From NCBI GenBank assembly GCA_026770705.1, contig JANJGN010000026.1, forward strand, positions 35,216,001 through 35,280,000: a stretch of DNA of 64,000 nt, written 5' to 3'. Origin of the DNA: Isurus oxyrinchus. Taxonomy: Eukaryota. This document shows positions 1 through 10,903 of this stretch, in pieces (the first letter of the stretch is position 1; the number at the start of each line of letters is the position of its first letter). The translations under genes and the position numbers were made by a program. The notes below the pieces were generated by a model. The model had not been told where the DNA came from. It was given only the letters and a program-made list of their open reading frames with translations, and did no database searches.

Positions 1-55
1 CTCAAGTCGTACCGTCATCCCGTTACATTCTGATTGGTGTTCGGTAGGTACGGCC

Positions 56-489
56 ATGCCTGGTATCTGTTTACACTTATGTGGTGTTATTAGACATTCT
101 AACACAGTTAAAGTTATAGTTAGCCCTCGGTTCATTTTTATTTCAGAGGAGATTCGGGCAGATGCGGGATCACAAGCTCAGACTGCACTCTACGTGTCTG
201 AAGGAGATGGTGTGATTATAGACTGTAGATTATAGACACAACAAACCTCGGTGACCCCAATCTGTGTTAATACAGACAGCATACAACGGCTCCCAGTTTT
301 ATTTTGCATCGCGAAAACGACAGAAAAATGGACACCGATATTGTCAACGGAAGATCGAAGCCAAGCAGACTAATTCAGAAAAGAAGTTTTCTTCATCGAC
401 CGCTCGAGCGGAAATAGAAGGCACAGCTCTATCTTTCTGCTGGTTGCGGTCAGAATTATTTCAAACTCATCTGCCGCTGTACAAAAACC
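56..489 (+). pseudogene. TCR alpha/delta-type V segment pseudogene with degenerate 23-RSS
   Basis: Acceptor ttcatttttatttcag ends at 146, then EIRADAGSQAQTALYVSEGDGVIIDC(RL*), YRQHTTAPSFIL and EGTALSFCWLR across frameshifts. Heptamer cagaatt (451-457), 23-bp spacer, perfect nonamer acaaaaacc (481-489). Confidence 0.75.
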
Positions 490-562
490 ACACTGATATA
501 GAACTGGCACAGGCGTTCTCTCCAGGTCAAAGGAACATGCCCTGCTTTGTCAGTGCTATCCG

Positions 563-900
563 CTGCTCAGTGGGCCTGACTGCTGCATCTGAATTATAAG
601 GGTATGAATTCATTTTTCACTCCAGAGAGTTCAGTCCATCATCCAGGCTGATTCTCGGGTTAAACCGACGGTCCCACGACTTTCTTAGATAAAAAAATCC
701 CAGACCTCTATTTTGGAAAATGATGGCAGATTTCTCCCAAGTTTCCTGGACCTATTCTAATGTTTCAACCGACATCACTAAAACAGCTTATCAGGTTGTT
801 TTTTTGTGGGAGCTTATGGTGTATATATTAGCTACCGCGTTTCTATATTTCAACAACGACTGCCCTGCGAATTAATCCATTAACTCTTTAAGGTGTGTCG
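563..900 (+). mobile_element. Degraded shark tRNA/Deu-domain-type SINE
   Basis: gctcagtggg...cactccagag...ccaggctga...taaaccg...tgtgggagctt...gcgttttctatatttcaacaac matches the other copies of this family at 5285, 32010, 33985 and 49690. Confidence 0.55.
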
Positions 901-957
901 GGCAGACTGGATTTTTTCGCTGCCATTGTTGGTATATGTAACATATTGAACATTGTA

Positions 958-1310
958 ATAGGGAGCAACTGTTCCCCTTAGTTGAAGGGTCAGTCACGAG
1001 GGGACATAAGTTCAAGGTGAGGGGCAGGAGGTTTAGGGGGGATGTGAGGAAAAACTCTTTTACTCACAGGGTGGTGACGGTCTGGAATGCGTTGCCTGAG
1101 AAGGTGGTGGAGGCGAGTTGTCTCACATCTTTTAAAAAGTACCTGGGTGAGCATTTGGCACGTCATAACATTCAAGCTTATGGGCCACGTGCTGGTAAAT
1201 GGGATTAGGTAGATAGGTCAGGTGTTTCTCACGTGTCGGTGCAGACTCGATGGGCCGAAGGGCCTCTTCTGTACTCTGTGATTCTGTGAGTCTGTGATTC
1301 TCTGAGTCTG
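958..1310 (+). mobile_element. CR1 LINE 3' end
   Basis: ORF2 C-terminus (RGRRFRGDVRKNSFTHRVVTVWNALP) and 3' tail with (ctgtgatt)n; same family as 54047-55600. Confidence 0.9.
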
Positions 1311-1794
1311 TGTGTGAATTCCTGAAACTATCTGAACTTCTAGAATCACTTTGATGATGTTAATTATTTGACTGGATCTCATGCCTGGACAATGGCGCGC
1401 TGTGCCTGCAAAGCAGCTGATAGGATTTGCAACAATCCGCAAAAAGCATTTGAGCAGAGACCCGAAACAACTATTTTTCCCTGAGCGAGCAACGGAAGAG
1501 GGAGCACAGAGCAGCTTGCCCCTAAGTTCAACGAGGTTCATTAACTTACACTCGACTTTCTCCTCCATGTTTTGTTTACACATATCCTCTAAATCATGAT
1601 GTTTGACGACCCAGTGTTCTCTGGGAAAATAAAACGGAAAACTCAGAATAGCAGCTATTTTCAGTAAAACGTAAAACAAAACAATTCACCATGTTAGTCG
1701 GAATGCTATTTTCTTGCTCTATGTGACCCAAAACAACGGTTTACTTCCAATGCTTGTTAAGTCAAAGGGGGATATGATCGTGTTAGCTTGAGTT

Positions 1795-2880
1795 ATCAGG
1801 CTGGCTGGCGGACAGCAGAAAGTGTGCATAAATGGCTCTTTTTCGGATTGCCAGGATGTGACGAGAAGAGTCCCACAGGGTTCTGTATGGAGCCTTATTT
1901 TTATACGATTTACATCAATGACTTAGACGATGTGCTTGAAGACATGCTAGCTAAATTTGCAGGTGACATAAAGATAGGTAGGAAAGTATGTTGCGATGTG
2001 GACATGAGGAGGTTGCAGATGGATATAGATAGATTGAGTGAGTGGGAAAAGACCTGGCAAATTGAATTTAATGTGAGAAAACGTGAAGTTGTTTACTTTG
2101 GCAGGGAGAACAAAAAAAACAGAGTATTACTTAAATGGAGAATGACTGCATAATCCTGATGGGTGGAGGGATCTAGGTGTTCGAGTACACGAGTCACAAA
2201 AAGTTAATTTGCAGGTAGAGCAAGTACTAAAGAAGGCTAATGGAATGTTATTCTTTATTACGAGAGGGATTCAACATAAAAGTAAGGAAGTTATGTTTCA
2301 GTTATACAGGGCATTGGTGAGGCCGCACCTCGAATACTGTGTGCTGTTTTAGTCTCCTTATTTAAGGGAGGATGTAAATGCATATGAGAGGCGGTTGAAA
2401 GGAGATTTTCTAGATTGATACCTGGAATGAGTGGGTTGGCTTATGAGGAAAGGTTGGACAAACTGGACTTATTGCCACAGGAGTTTAGAAGAGTGAGGGG
2501 TGACTTGATTAAAGTATTCAAGATCCTGAACAGCCTTGACAATGTAGACATCGAAAAAACGTTTCCTCTTGTGGATGAGTCCAGAACTAGCGGGCACTAC
2601 TTCAAAATTAGTGTTCGCCCTTTTAGGACAGAGATGAGGAGAATTTTCTTCTCTCAGAGGGTTGTACGACCTTGGAACTCTGCATTGGAAGGCAGTGGAG
2701 GCGGGGTAGCCGAATATTTTTTAAGCAGAGGCAGATAGATTTTTGTCAGGCAAGGGGATCAACGGTTACGGGGGTAAGATGGGAATGTGGAAATCAAAAC
2801 ACAAGAAGATCAGCCATGATCTTATTGAATATCGGAGCAGGTTCGAGGGGCCGAATGGTCTACTGCTGTTCCTGTTTCTT
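1795..2880 (+). mobile_element. CR1 LINE RT/3' fragment
   Basis: IYINDLDD...KFAGDIKIG, LQMDIDRLSEW, YEERLDKL, RRVRGDLIKVFKIL, FFSQRVV, followed by the CR1 3' UTR. Confidence 0.9.
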
Positions 2881-3268
2881 ATTTAATTAATTCTTATTTC
2901 TTATTTAATCAATTCTTATTCCTTTGAAATCCTATTTTGTGATGGCTGTGTGTGAGAGTGGGAGAAGAGGTGTTGTTAAACGTTAACAGTGATTTCGACC
3001 ATTTCAGCTGTATATCTCTTAAAATATTTAGGGAACGTTAAAGCATTTAAAAACGTAAAAAATACACGAACTAACCTGACACAGAAAAGCACGATATAAT
3101 GGGACACGTGGCAACGATTGGAAGAACCCGTGAGTCAATCTGTTTGTTCACTGATCTGTGACTGAGGTGTAGATTGTTCTTAACTGTCCCTCTGGAGACT
3201 CTCATTTAGAATAAAGGAGGGATGATTTTTTGCACAGCTGCGGTAATTCCTTGAGTTTCTGAGAGACG

Positions 3269-3338
3269 ATGCACGGCCCAGCGAAAGGCCTCTTCTTCGC
3301 TATTTTCTATCTGATTCTCGCTCTTATTGGTGCTCCTG
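3269..3338 (+). CDS. GPR139/GPR142-like GPCR, exon 1 (MHGPAKGLFFAIFYLILALIGAP)
   Basis: ATG at 3269, hydrophobic first half of TM1, phase-1 donor G|gtaag at 3338/3339; splices in frame to 4228 giving ...IGAPANFLGIVILSR. Confidence 0.85.
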
Positions 3339-4081
3339 GTAAGCGATGGATCCCGAAAAAATGTTTGTCTCGATGTAAATCTCCAGAAGTTTGGTCTCTT
3401 AACTTTCAGGGTCTGAATGATAGGATCTGAAACCGAGCTCCAACGTATATAGGTGCTCTGGATGATATTATACAGTGTTATGGTTGATTATGCTGCGCTA
3501 TTTGTGCTAGCATTGTGGGGCATTACAAAATATTATTCAATTTATTATGCAGCACATTTAGAGAAATGCCTTTTATTAGAATGCTGAGATATGAGTTGCA
3601 GAGCTTGGCTTTGCCTGGACATTAACCTGTTATATAGTTGAACATTGGGTTATATTCCAATCCAGTCAAATGCAATCCAGCGTTTTGAGTGTTGTGCGGG
3701 ACCATCGAGTATCTGAATGTACTGACCTGCATTCCTGCATTCTCTGATTTTATCAATATATCAGAAAGTGAATAATTACAGTGTTATCATATATATTAGA
3801 TAAATTGTATTATAAAATACTTTTAATGATAACACAAATATACAATGCGAACTCTAGAATAATGTAATAGTTACGGAATAATGAGTTCCCACTGGACCGT
3901 TCTTATTAGGAATTAAGGTCTTAGGAATTAATTATGGAAATGTTTGAAAAAGGTGAGTGGAGATTCAAGATTTTTAATTTGTTATGGATATTTTAGGCCT
4001 TGTGAATTTTGGTTAATTATATTTTTAATCATTAGCGGGATGCAGGTGTCCATGACAAGGTCAACATTTTTTGCTCATTCA

Positions 4082-4200
4082 GATAAAAGCAAAACACTGT
4101 GGATGGTGGAAATCTGAAATTAAATCAGGAGACTCTGGAAAACTCAGCAGGTCTAGCAGCATCTGTAGAGAGATTAATAGAATCAAGGTTTCCAGTCCGT
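4082..4200 (-). mobile_element. Penelope-associated terminal fragment in the GPCR intron
   Basis: aaatctgaaa...aaaactcagcaggtctagcagcatctgtagagag is shared with 23510-23590, 59170-59230 and 61036-61146. Confidence 0.55.
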
Positions 4201-4227
4201 TTGACCCCTCTTTTTTATCACTCACAG

Positions 4228-5147
4228 CGAACTTTTTGGGGATTGTAATCCTATCCCGAGGGCAATGCGGACTGTCCTGTTGCATCACCTACTACCTGGT
4301 GGCGATAGCAGTGAGCGATTTCCTGGTCATCATCACCGCCGTCATCCTCAATCGGATCGGCCGGATCTACTTTCAGGACAGTGTCCTGTCCACCACTCCC
4401 GCATGCGCATTTAGTGCCGTGCTGGTCTTTGCCACCCGGGATGGCTCAGTCTGGCTGACAGTCGCCTTCACCATCGACCGTTTCGTGGCCATCTGCTGTC
4501 AGAGTCTGAAGACCAGATACTGCACTGAGAAAACTGCGTTGCTGGTTATAGGGTTGGTCAGTGCCCTAAGCTGCTTGAGGAACATCCCTCATTACTTCAC
4601 CTACCAGCCTTTGTACATCCAGGATGGGGTGCCCTGGTTCTGTGCAGTTAAGCCTACCTATTACACTTTGCCCGCCTGGCAGGTCTACGACTGGCTGGAC
4701 CACATCTTAACTCCTTTCCTCCCGTTCGTCCTCATTCTGCTGCTCAATGCCCTGACCATAAGGCACATCCTAGCGGCCAGCAGAGCCCGCAGGAGGCTCC
4801 GGGGCGCCGAAGGTGACGGAGACCAGGAGATGGCTAACCGCAAGCGGTCCATTGTCCTGCTTTTCGCCATCTCCCTCAGCTTCCTCCTCCTGTGGGTCAC
4901 CTTTGTTGGACATTTCCTCTACATCTGGATTACAGGCGAGGGCTACCTGACCAGCCTGAATTTCAATGACCCGCGATACATCCTCCAGGAGACAGCCAAC
5001 ATGCTCCAGTTAGTCAGTTCCTGCAACAACGTCTTCATCTATGCAGTGGCCCAGAAAAGGTTCCGGGAGGAGCTGAAGAAGCTGCTGATGTGCCCCTTCA
5101 CCACCGTCACTGGTTGTTTTAAACATGGTATAACGTTCTCTCGTTAA
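4228..5147 (+). CDS. GPR139/GPR142-like class A GPCR, exon 2 (spliced protein 329 aa)
   Basis: Acceptor ttttttatcactcacag at 4227. Open frame with YLVAIAVSD (TM2), WLTVAFTIDRFVAIC (TM3), PFLPF (TM5) and NNVFIY (TM7); stop at 5145-5147. Confidence 0.9.
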
Positions 5148-5284
5148 TTCTCTTTCATCATCGCGGTTCACTATGTAGCAGCTCTCTCTCTCTCTCTCTC
5201 TCTCCTTCGCTCTCTCTCTCTCTCTCTCTCTTTCTCCAGAACCAGAAAGACCTGGGCTGTAGCGCTTGAGAGATGTTACCCTCA

Positions 5285-5612
5285 TACTACAGTGCTGACA
5301 GTGTCCCTTTGGCCCTGAATGAACACTGAACTATCGCAGTTGCTGCCTGCCTGTTTGAGACACTAAACCACTGTGAGTATCTGCCCTCTCATGTGGAATG
5401 TGAATATCCCATGGTCGCAATTTCAAAAAGGAGCAGGAAGAGCTTTCCCCAGGTTCCTACAATAATTGTCCCTCATTTAACAGCATTGAAAACAGCGATC
5501 TGATTATTTCTCCAAGTATATTTGTGGAATCTTGCATTTGCTGACGTGTTTCCCACATGACACGGGGGGAAACACTTGATTGGCAGGAAAGCACCAGGAA
5601 ATCCTGAGGTCG
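5285..5612 (+). mobile_element. Degraded Deu-domain-type SINE
   Basis: tgagacactaaacc...ctgccctctcatgtgga...tcccatgg...gagcagg...tttgtggaatcttgc core. Confidence 0.55.
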
Positions 5613-6849
5613 TTTTTTTTTTCCATTTTTCTTTATCTATCNNNNNNNNNNNNNNNNNNNNNNNNNNNNNNNNNNNNNNNNNNNNNNNNNNNNNNNNNNN
5701 NNNNNNNNNNNNNNNNNNNNNNNNNNNNNNNNNNNNNNNNNNNNNNNNNNNNNNNNNNNNNNNNNNNNNNNNNNNNNNNNNNNNNNNNNNNNNNNNNNNN
5801 NNNNNNNNNNNNNNNNNNNNNNNNNNNNNNNNNNNNNNNNNNNNNNNNNNNNNNNNNNNNNNNNNNNNNNNNNNNNNNNNNNNNNNNNNNNNNNNNNNNN
5901 NNNNNNNNNNNNNNNNNNNNNNNNNNNNNNNNNNNNNNNNNNNNNNNNNNNNNNNNNNNNNNNNNNNNNNNNNNNNNNNNNNNNNNNNNNNNNNNNNNNN
6001 NNNNNNNNNNNNNNNNNNNNNNNNNNNNNNNNNNNNNNNNNNNNNNNNNNNNNNNNNNNNNNNNNNNNNNNNNNNNNNNNNNNNNNNNNNNNNNNNNNNN
6101 NNNNNNNNNNNNNNNNNNNNNNNNNNNNNNNNNNNNNNNNNNNNNNNNNNNNNNNNNNNNNNNNNNNNNNNNNNNNNNNNNNNNNNNNNNNNNNNNNNNN
6201 NNNNNNNNNNNNNCTTCACAGACACAAGTTCCACTAACGTTATTCTTAACACTTAAAACAAAGTATTTGATGGGATGGGAAGTGGGATTTTTGAGCATTG
6301 AATTGTGATCCGGCTTCTGCTTCATGAAAAGGAGCTGGACGCACATTCAATAACAAGTTTCAAAAGTTAATTTAGTAAATTCTGGGGTGACATTTGATTA
6401 AGAACAAGTAACAATAACTAACTGGCTTGCTCTTTCATAGACCGGCAACTGATCTGCTCCTTTGCTTTATGGTTGCAAACAGCAATATTCACGACCTCCG
6501 GCCATACGAACCATCTCTCTCGCTGAATAAAGTGCTTTTCAAGAAACACTAAATCAAACTTGTGCAGCTGGAGGTCCCTAATATCATGCTTATCAATGAA
6601 AACCATCGATCAGTTCATCGTTGTTTGGGACGAGGAGCTTGTCTTATGAAGAAATCTTGAATAATTTGGATCAATAGCCAGTGGAATTTAGAATAATAAA
6701 AGATGAACTTAGCGAAATATGTAGGAGCCTGAGGTGGGTGGGAGGTGGGTGGTGGGGGGGGGGGGGGGGGGGGGGGGGGGTGGGGGGGGGGGGGGCGGGG
6801 GCGGTGGGGAGAGAGAGAGAGAGGTAGGGGGGATAATACGGGTAGGCTG

Positions 6850-7210
6850 GTGCTGTGTCTTGACAAGGTAGATACCGGGAGCATGTTTCCACTTCCGGGA
6901 GTGACCAGAACTAGGGGACAGAGTTTAGGATTAAGGGACCTACCTTTAAGGGGCAGATGAGGAGATTTATTCTTCTCTCAAAGGGTTGTTTGTATGTGGA
7001 ATTCTCTTTCTTAGAAAGCAGTGGAGGCTGGTCATTAAATATATTCAAGGGTGAGTTATGTTGTGCTAATACCATAAATTAGGCAGATTTTTGATAGGCA
7101 AGGGAGTTAGGGGCCAGACGGGAATATGGAATAGGACCACAAACAGATCAGCCATGAATGTATGGAATGGTGGATCAGGTTCTGTGGGCTGAACGGCCCA
7201 CTCATGCTTA
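6850..7210 (+). mobile_element. CR1 3' fragment preceded by a poly-G tract (6745-6810)
   Basis: LDKVDTGSMFPLPGVTRTRGQSL...FFSQRVV-like sequence and gatcagccatga tail. Confidence 0.8.
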
Positions 7211-7701
7211 AAGTCCCATAGTCATATATTGATTTGTTTGGCGACAGAGTGTTGATGGGTGCGGGTGGTCTGAAACACAGAATGACAATGACATGGCCCA
7301 GTATATCATAAACAGCGACATGGGACAGCCTAATCTGATAAGAGTTAAACAATTGTCAAATGTAACATGAACAGAGCCAAAATGTGCCCTCACCTAATCA
7401 CAGAATAAGATCTAATCTCATAAAAAGTGATCTGGTTTAATCTAATAGGCCCAAGATCTATTAATTCAATAACAGAGATAGAAACTAAGCTAATGTAAAA
7501 GTGGACATTCTCTACTTCACTGAAAACTGATGCAGGGACTTGCATAACGTAAACAGAGACAAGCTCAATTACAATAATAAATGAAAACAGGTCTTGTGTG
7601 ACGTAAGCAATGGTATTTCCTTGCAATCTATGAAATAAGGCAGGATCTAATGCGATATTACCAGCAACATGCATTTGTAAACATTCAGAATGATGTGTTT
7701 T

Positions 7702-8696
7702 GTGCTTTCTACACACTTCTACTCTACATACGAATTATGCAAACATGCATAATGCAACACATGTGTACATGGTTTACTTTTACACACGCACATACACACA
7801 AATACAGACACACACACAGACACACACACAGAATTGGTAGGCCAGAACACCAACATGAATTAGTAGACTTTTGCACACCACATTTGTCTCTAATAGTGCA
7901 ACTTACGGCGCTCACAATAAGGGACTAATCCCGCTTCCTTCTCGGAGATTGTTAAAAGATTCACCCAGCTTCTCCACCACTTATTACATCCTGAGGATCT
8001 CAGAAAGCGGCAAGTTCATACTTGTTTTCAAATATAGTCGATATTATAGGGTAGAAATATTATTTACACAGGGAGAGGTGGGAATGTACAATTATTTGTC
8101 AGGAAGTTTTGCCAATCTGAGCCTATCGGGAATAAAGATATTGCGGAATCCAGATAGTTTCTGGAAAATTTCAATTTGTGGCCAATAGCAAAAATTCCAT
8201 TCTGTCACAAAATGATCATCATATCTCAACATCTGTTTATGAATTATTTGAGGAACCAATCTGGATGAAGGAATTGCTGGTCTTTTTCGTCGGACTACCA
8301 GGTGCCATTGGACCATGAAATGCAATGATTCCCAGAGCTCATTGTCTAACCCTCCTTTGTTACGTGCTTTCTACACACTTCTACTCTACATACGAATTAT
8401 GCAAACATGCATAATGCAACACATGCGTANNNNNNNNNNNNNNNNNNNNNNNNNNNNNNNNNNNNNNNNNNNNNNNNNNNNNNNNNNNNNNNNNNNNNNN
8501 NNNNNNNNNNNNNNNNNNNNNNNNNNNNNNNNNNNNNNNNNNNNNNNNNNNNNNNNNNNNNNNNNNNNNNNNNNNNNCCAGCGTGAATTAGTAGACTTTC
8601 ACACCACCACATTTGTCTCTAAATAGTGCAACGTTCGGCGCTCACAATAAGGGACTAATCCCGCTTCCTTCTCGGAGATTGTTAAAAGATTCACCC
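7702..8696. repeat. Near-identical direct duplication (7702-7966 and 8364-8696); the second copy spans an N gap
   Basis: gtgctttctacacacttctactctacatacgaattatgc and gggactaatcccgcttccttctcggagattgttaaaagattcaccc each occur twice. Confidence 0.85.
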
Positions 8697-9315
8697 CAAC
8701 TGCAAATTATGTACGAGCTCTTGGCCTGAATATACCATTGTATGAAGTGAAGTGTCACGGAACAATGATGTTTCCTGTTATCTCCCTGGCACCAGTAAAC
8801 GGGTGCTTCAGCACGTTTTCACCAAAGGTGAAATGCTGGAGCGCCAACCTGCGGAAAACAATGACTCTGAATTTCGACACGAATATTGCTGCATGAATTT
8901 GCTGAACTGTTATTACGTGAGACTGTAATGAATGTTATTACTTTGATTATACTGTTATTATAACTTCTCTACGTATTCTTTTCTATTCGCTGCCGTTGCT
9001 CGTTTACATCAGTTGTGAGATTATTTGTCTCAGTTCTCTTATGTGCCCAATTAATTAAGACAATATATGCTCATTTGCATTCTCCTTAATGTTTCCACCA
9101 TTATAAGGTTAGGTTGCAATTTGGTTAAAAAAAATCAGCCTGACCAATTCATTAAGCATCAAAGGTGGACACAAAGTTGAATAGGTCCATCAATTACGGG
9201 AGATGGGTATTTGTTATTTCTCTGTTTGTGTGTGTATGTGTGTGTATGCGTGTGTACGTGCTGTTCACCAGCCAAGCATGTCACTCAGGGTCATCATTAG
9301 TTACTCACCGAGAAA

Positions 9316-9545
9316 TTCTCCCTCCACACTACCCTATAAAACACTGACAGGACAGGTGCTCCACGGTTATGATACAAAATAAATCTCATTCTGCACTGCT
9401 CAAACACTCTTATCCAGAGTCAGTACCGCATGGGTTAAATACAGAATAAAATCTACCTCTGCACTGTCCTAAAAACAATTACAGGACAGATAGAACAGGG
9501 ATGAGCTGCAGGGTGAATCTCCCTCTACACTCTACCATCAAAGAC
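9316..9545. repeat. Degenerate ~68-bp shark satellite-like repeat
   Basis: About 3 units of ctccctctacac...aaacact..caggacagg...gggtta.atacagaataaa. Confidence 0.65.
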
Positions 9546-9839
9546 ACCTAGTCCACTCACCACGAATGAATGTGGAGATATTCTGGTTTGATGAGCACGG
9601 ATTACGCGCGAAGTTGTGAAATTAATTAACTTGTATCTTCTAAATCATCTGAAATAATATGTTATTCTATTGAATTACTGAGATGGTGTACTTTACACAT
9701 CGAAATTACATTTCTAAAGGCTTGTGTGTCTCTCACACCTGAAGCCCGTGACTTGTTGTCTCCTCAGTCCCCATGCCCAGTAAGTTCTCATATATGCTCC
9801 TTGTTCATATATGCTCATAAATGCTCTTCGTTTCACGGT

Positions 9840-10080
9840 ATCTCACTTCACTGTAACATAACATAGAGTCTTGGCAGTTGAGTCGTGTTAACAGTGAAAG
9901 TGGTGGAGGCTACCTCACGGTTCACAGATACTGTGAATCTTCTGCCAATTCATCTCTGTATGTGAAGACAAGATACCCGGGAGCTTAATTGGAGAATTGC
10001 CAGCACCAGAATACGAGTTCTGGCCCGATACGTCGATATCTGAAATGTCTCCTTGTGACAAGAGCAGCTGCCAAAACAAG
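9840..10080 (-). pseudogene. Highly degenerate TCR V segment
   Basis: Reverse strand reads WCWQFSN*APGYL...GRRFTVSVNREVASTTFTVNTTQL..DS; paralogous with its 3' flank to 29750-30125. Confidence 0.6.
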
Positions 10081-10152
10081 AGTAACATTAAATTAATGAT
10101 ATATGCAAGCAGAAGTAAATAAAGTGTTTGCGGATTTCAGCAACATAAGCGG

Positions 10153-10154
<2 letters not shown>

Positions 10155-10184
<30 letters not shown>

Positions 10185-10330
10185 ATCTATCTATCTATCT
10201 ATTTTTAATCTATCTAACCACGTAACTATTCATCCTTCGATCTATTCGCCTGCCTTACTTTCTGTGTGCCTGCCTGTCTGCCTGTATATCTATCGACTTA
10301 TCCAACTGTCTGTCTATATATTTATTTTGT
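10155..10330. repeat. (CTAT)n / (CTGT)n microsatellite
   Basis: Direct reading. Confidence 0.9.
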
Positions 10331-10633
10331 GTGTTTCTAACTTTCTCCCGCATCTCTATCGATCTAAGTATCTGAGGGCAAGAGTTATTTTTCTGTCTGT
10401 CTTATCATTTTCTAAGTTGAACAACCACACATAGAATGTTTACTTAATATGTTTCGATAATCTGTAGCTGTAACACCAGCTATAGGATGTTGTAACTTTA
10501 ATTTTAAACATGGGAACGTAACATTCCTGAATATCACCAGCATTTCTAAAAGTCCTGGGTTCGGGAAAGGTTAACGGTGCAGCGGACACACGGCAGTGAA
10601 AAAGTCATTGGAAAGCAGAATCTGACTTTGTCT

Positions 10634-10903
10634 CACTGTGTCCCCATTGCACAGTAACAAGCTCTGACGCCCTGGGCCGCAGTGTTAACTATAGACATGG
10701 TATTGAACGTCTTAACTCGGTCAAAGGACAGTGTGTAGCGTCCTTTGGACATATTCCCCTGGTAAATCGAGGCGATAAATTTCGCAGCCTCTGTCGGTAT
10801 TTGTCTGTACCAGGCAACCGAGAGCCGATAATCCAGTTCAATCCGTTCCCCTTCTCGAGATAACACCTGCTCAGGGTAGGAGCTCTGATCCTCACACTGA
10901 ACA
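10634..10903 (-). pseudogene. TCR V segment pseudogene
   Basis: VQCEDQ...EGERIELDY-RLSVAWYRQIP..KFIASIY..GRYTLSFD...CYCAMG. First Cys and CDR1 are deleted and the acceptor is out of phase. Perfect heptamer CACAGTG at 10640-10634, weak nonamer. Confidence 0.8.

Noticed and set aside
4071-4227. N-terminal 52 aa of the 358-aa GPCR ORF
   Set aside because: Intronic repeat sequence; the true N-terminus is exon 1 at 3269-3338.
5473-6346. Long ORFs full of X (also at 8315-8626 and 40692-41156)
   Set aside because: Artefacts of N gaps.
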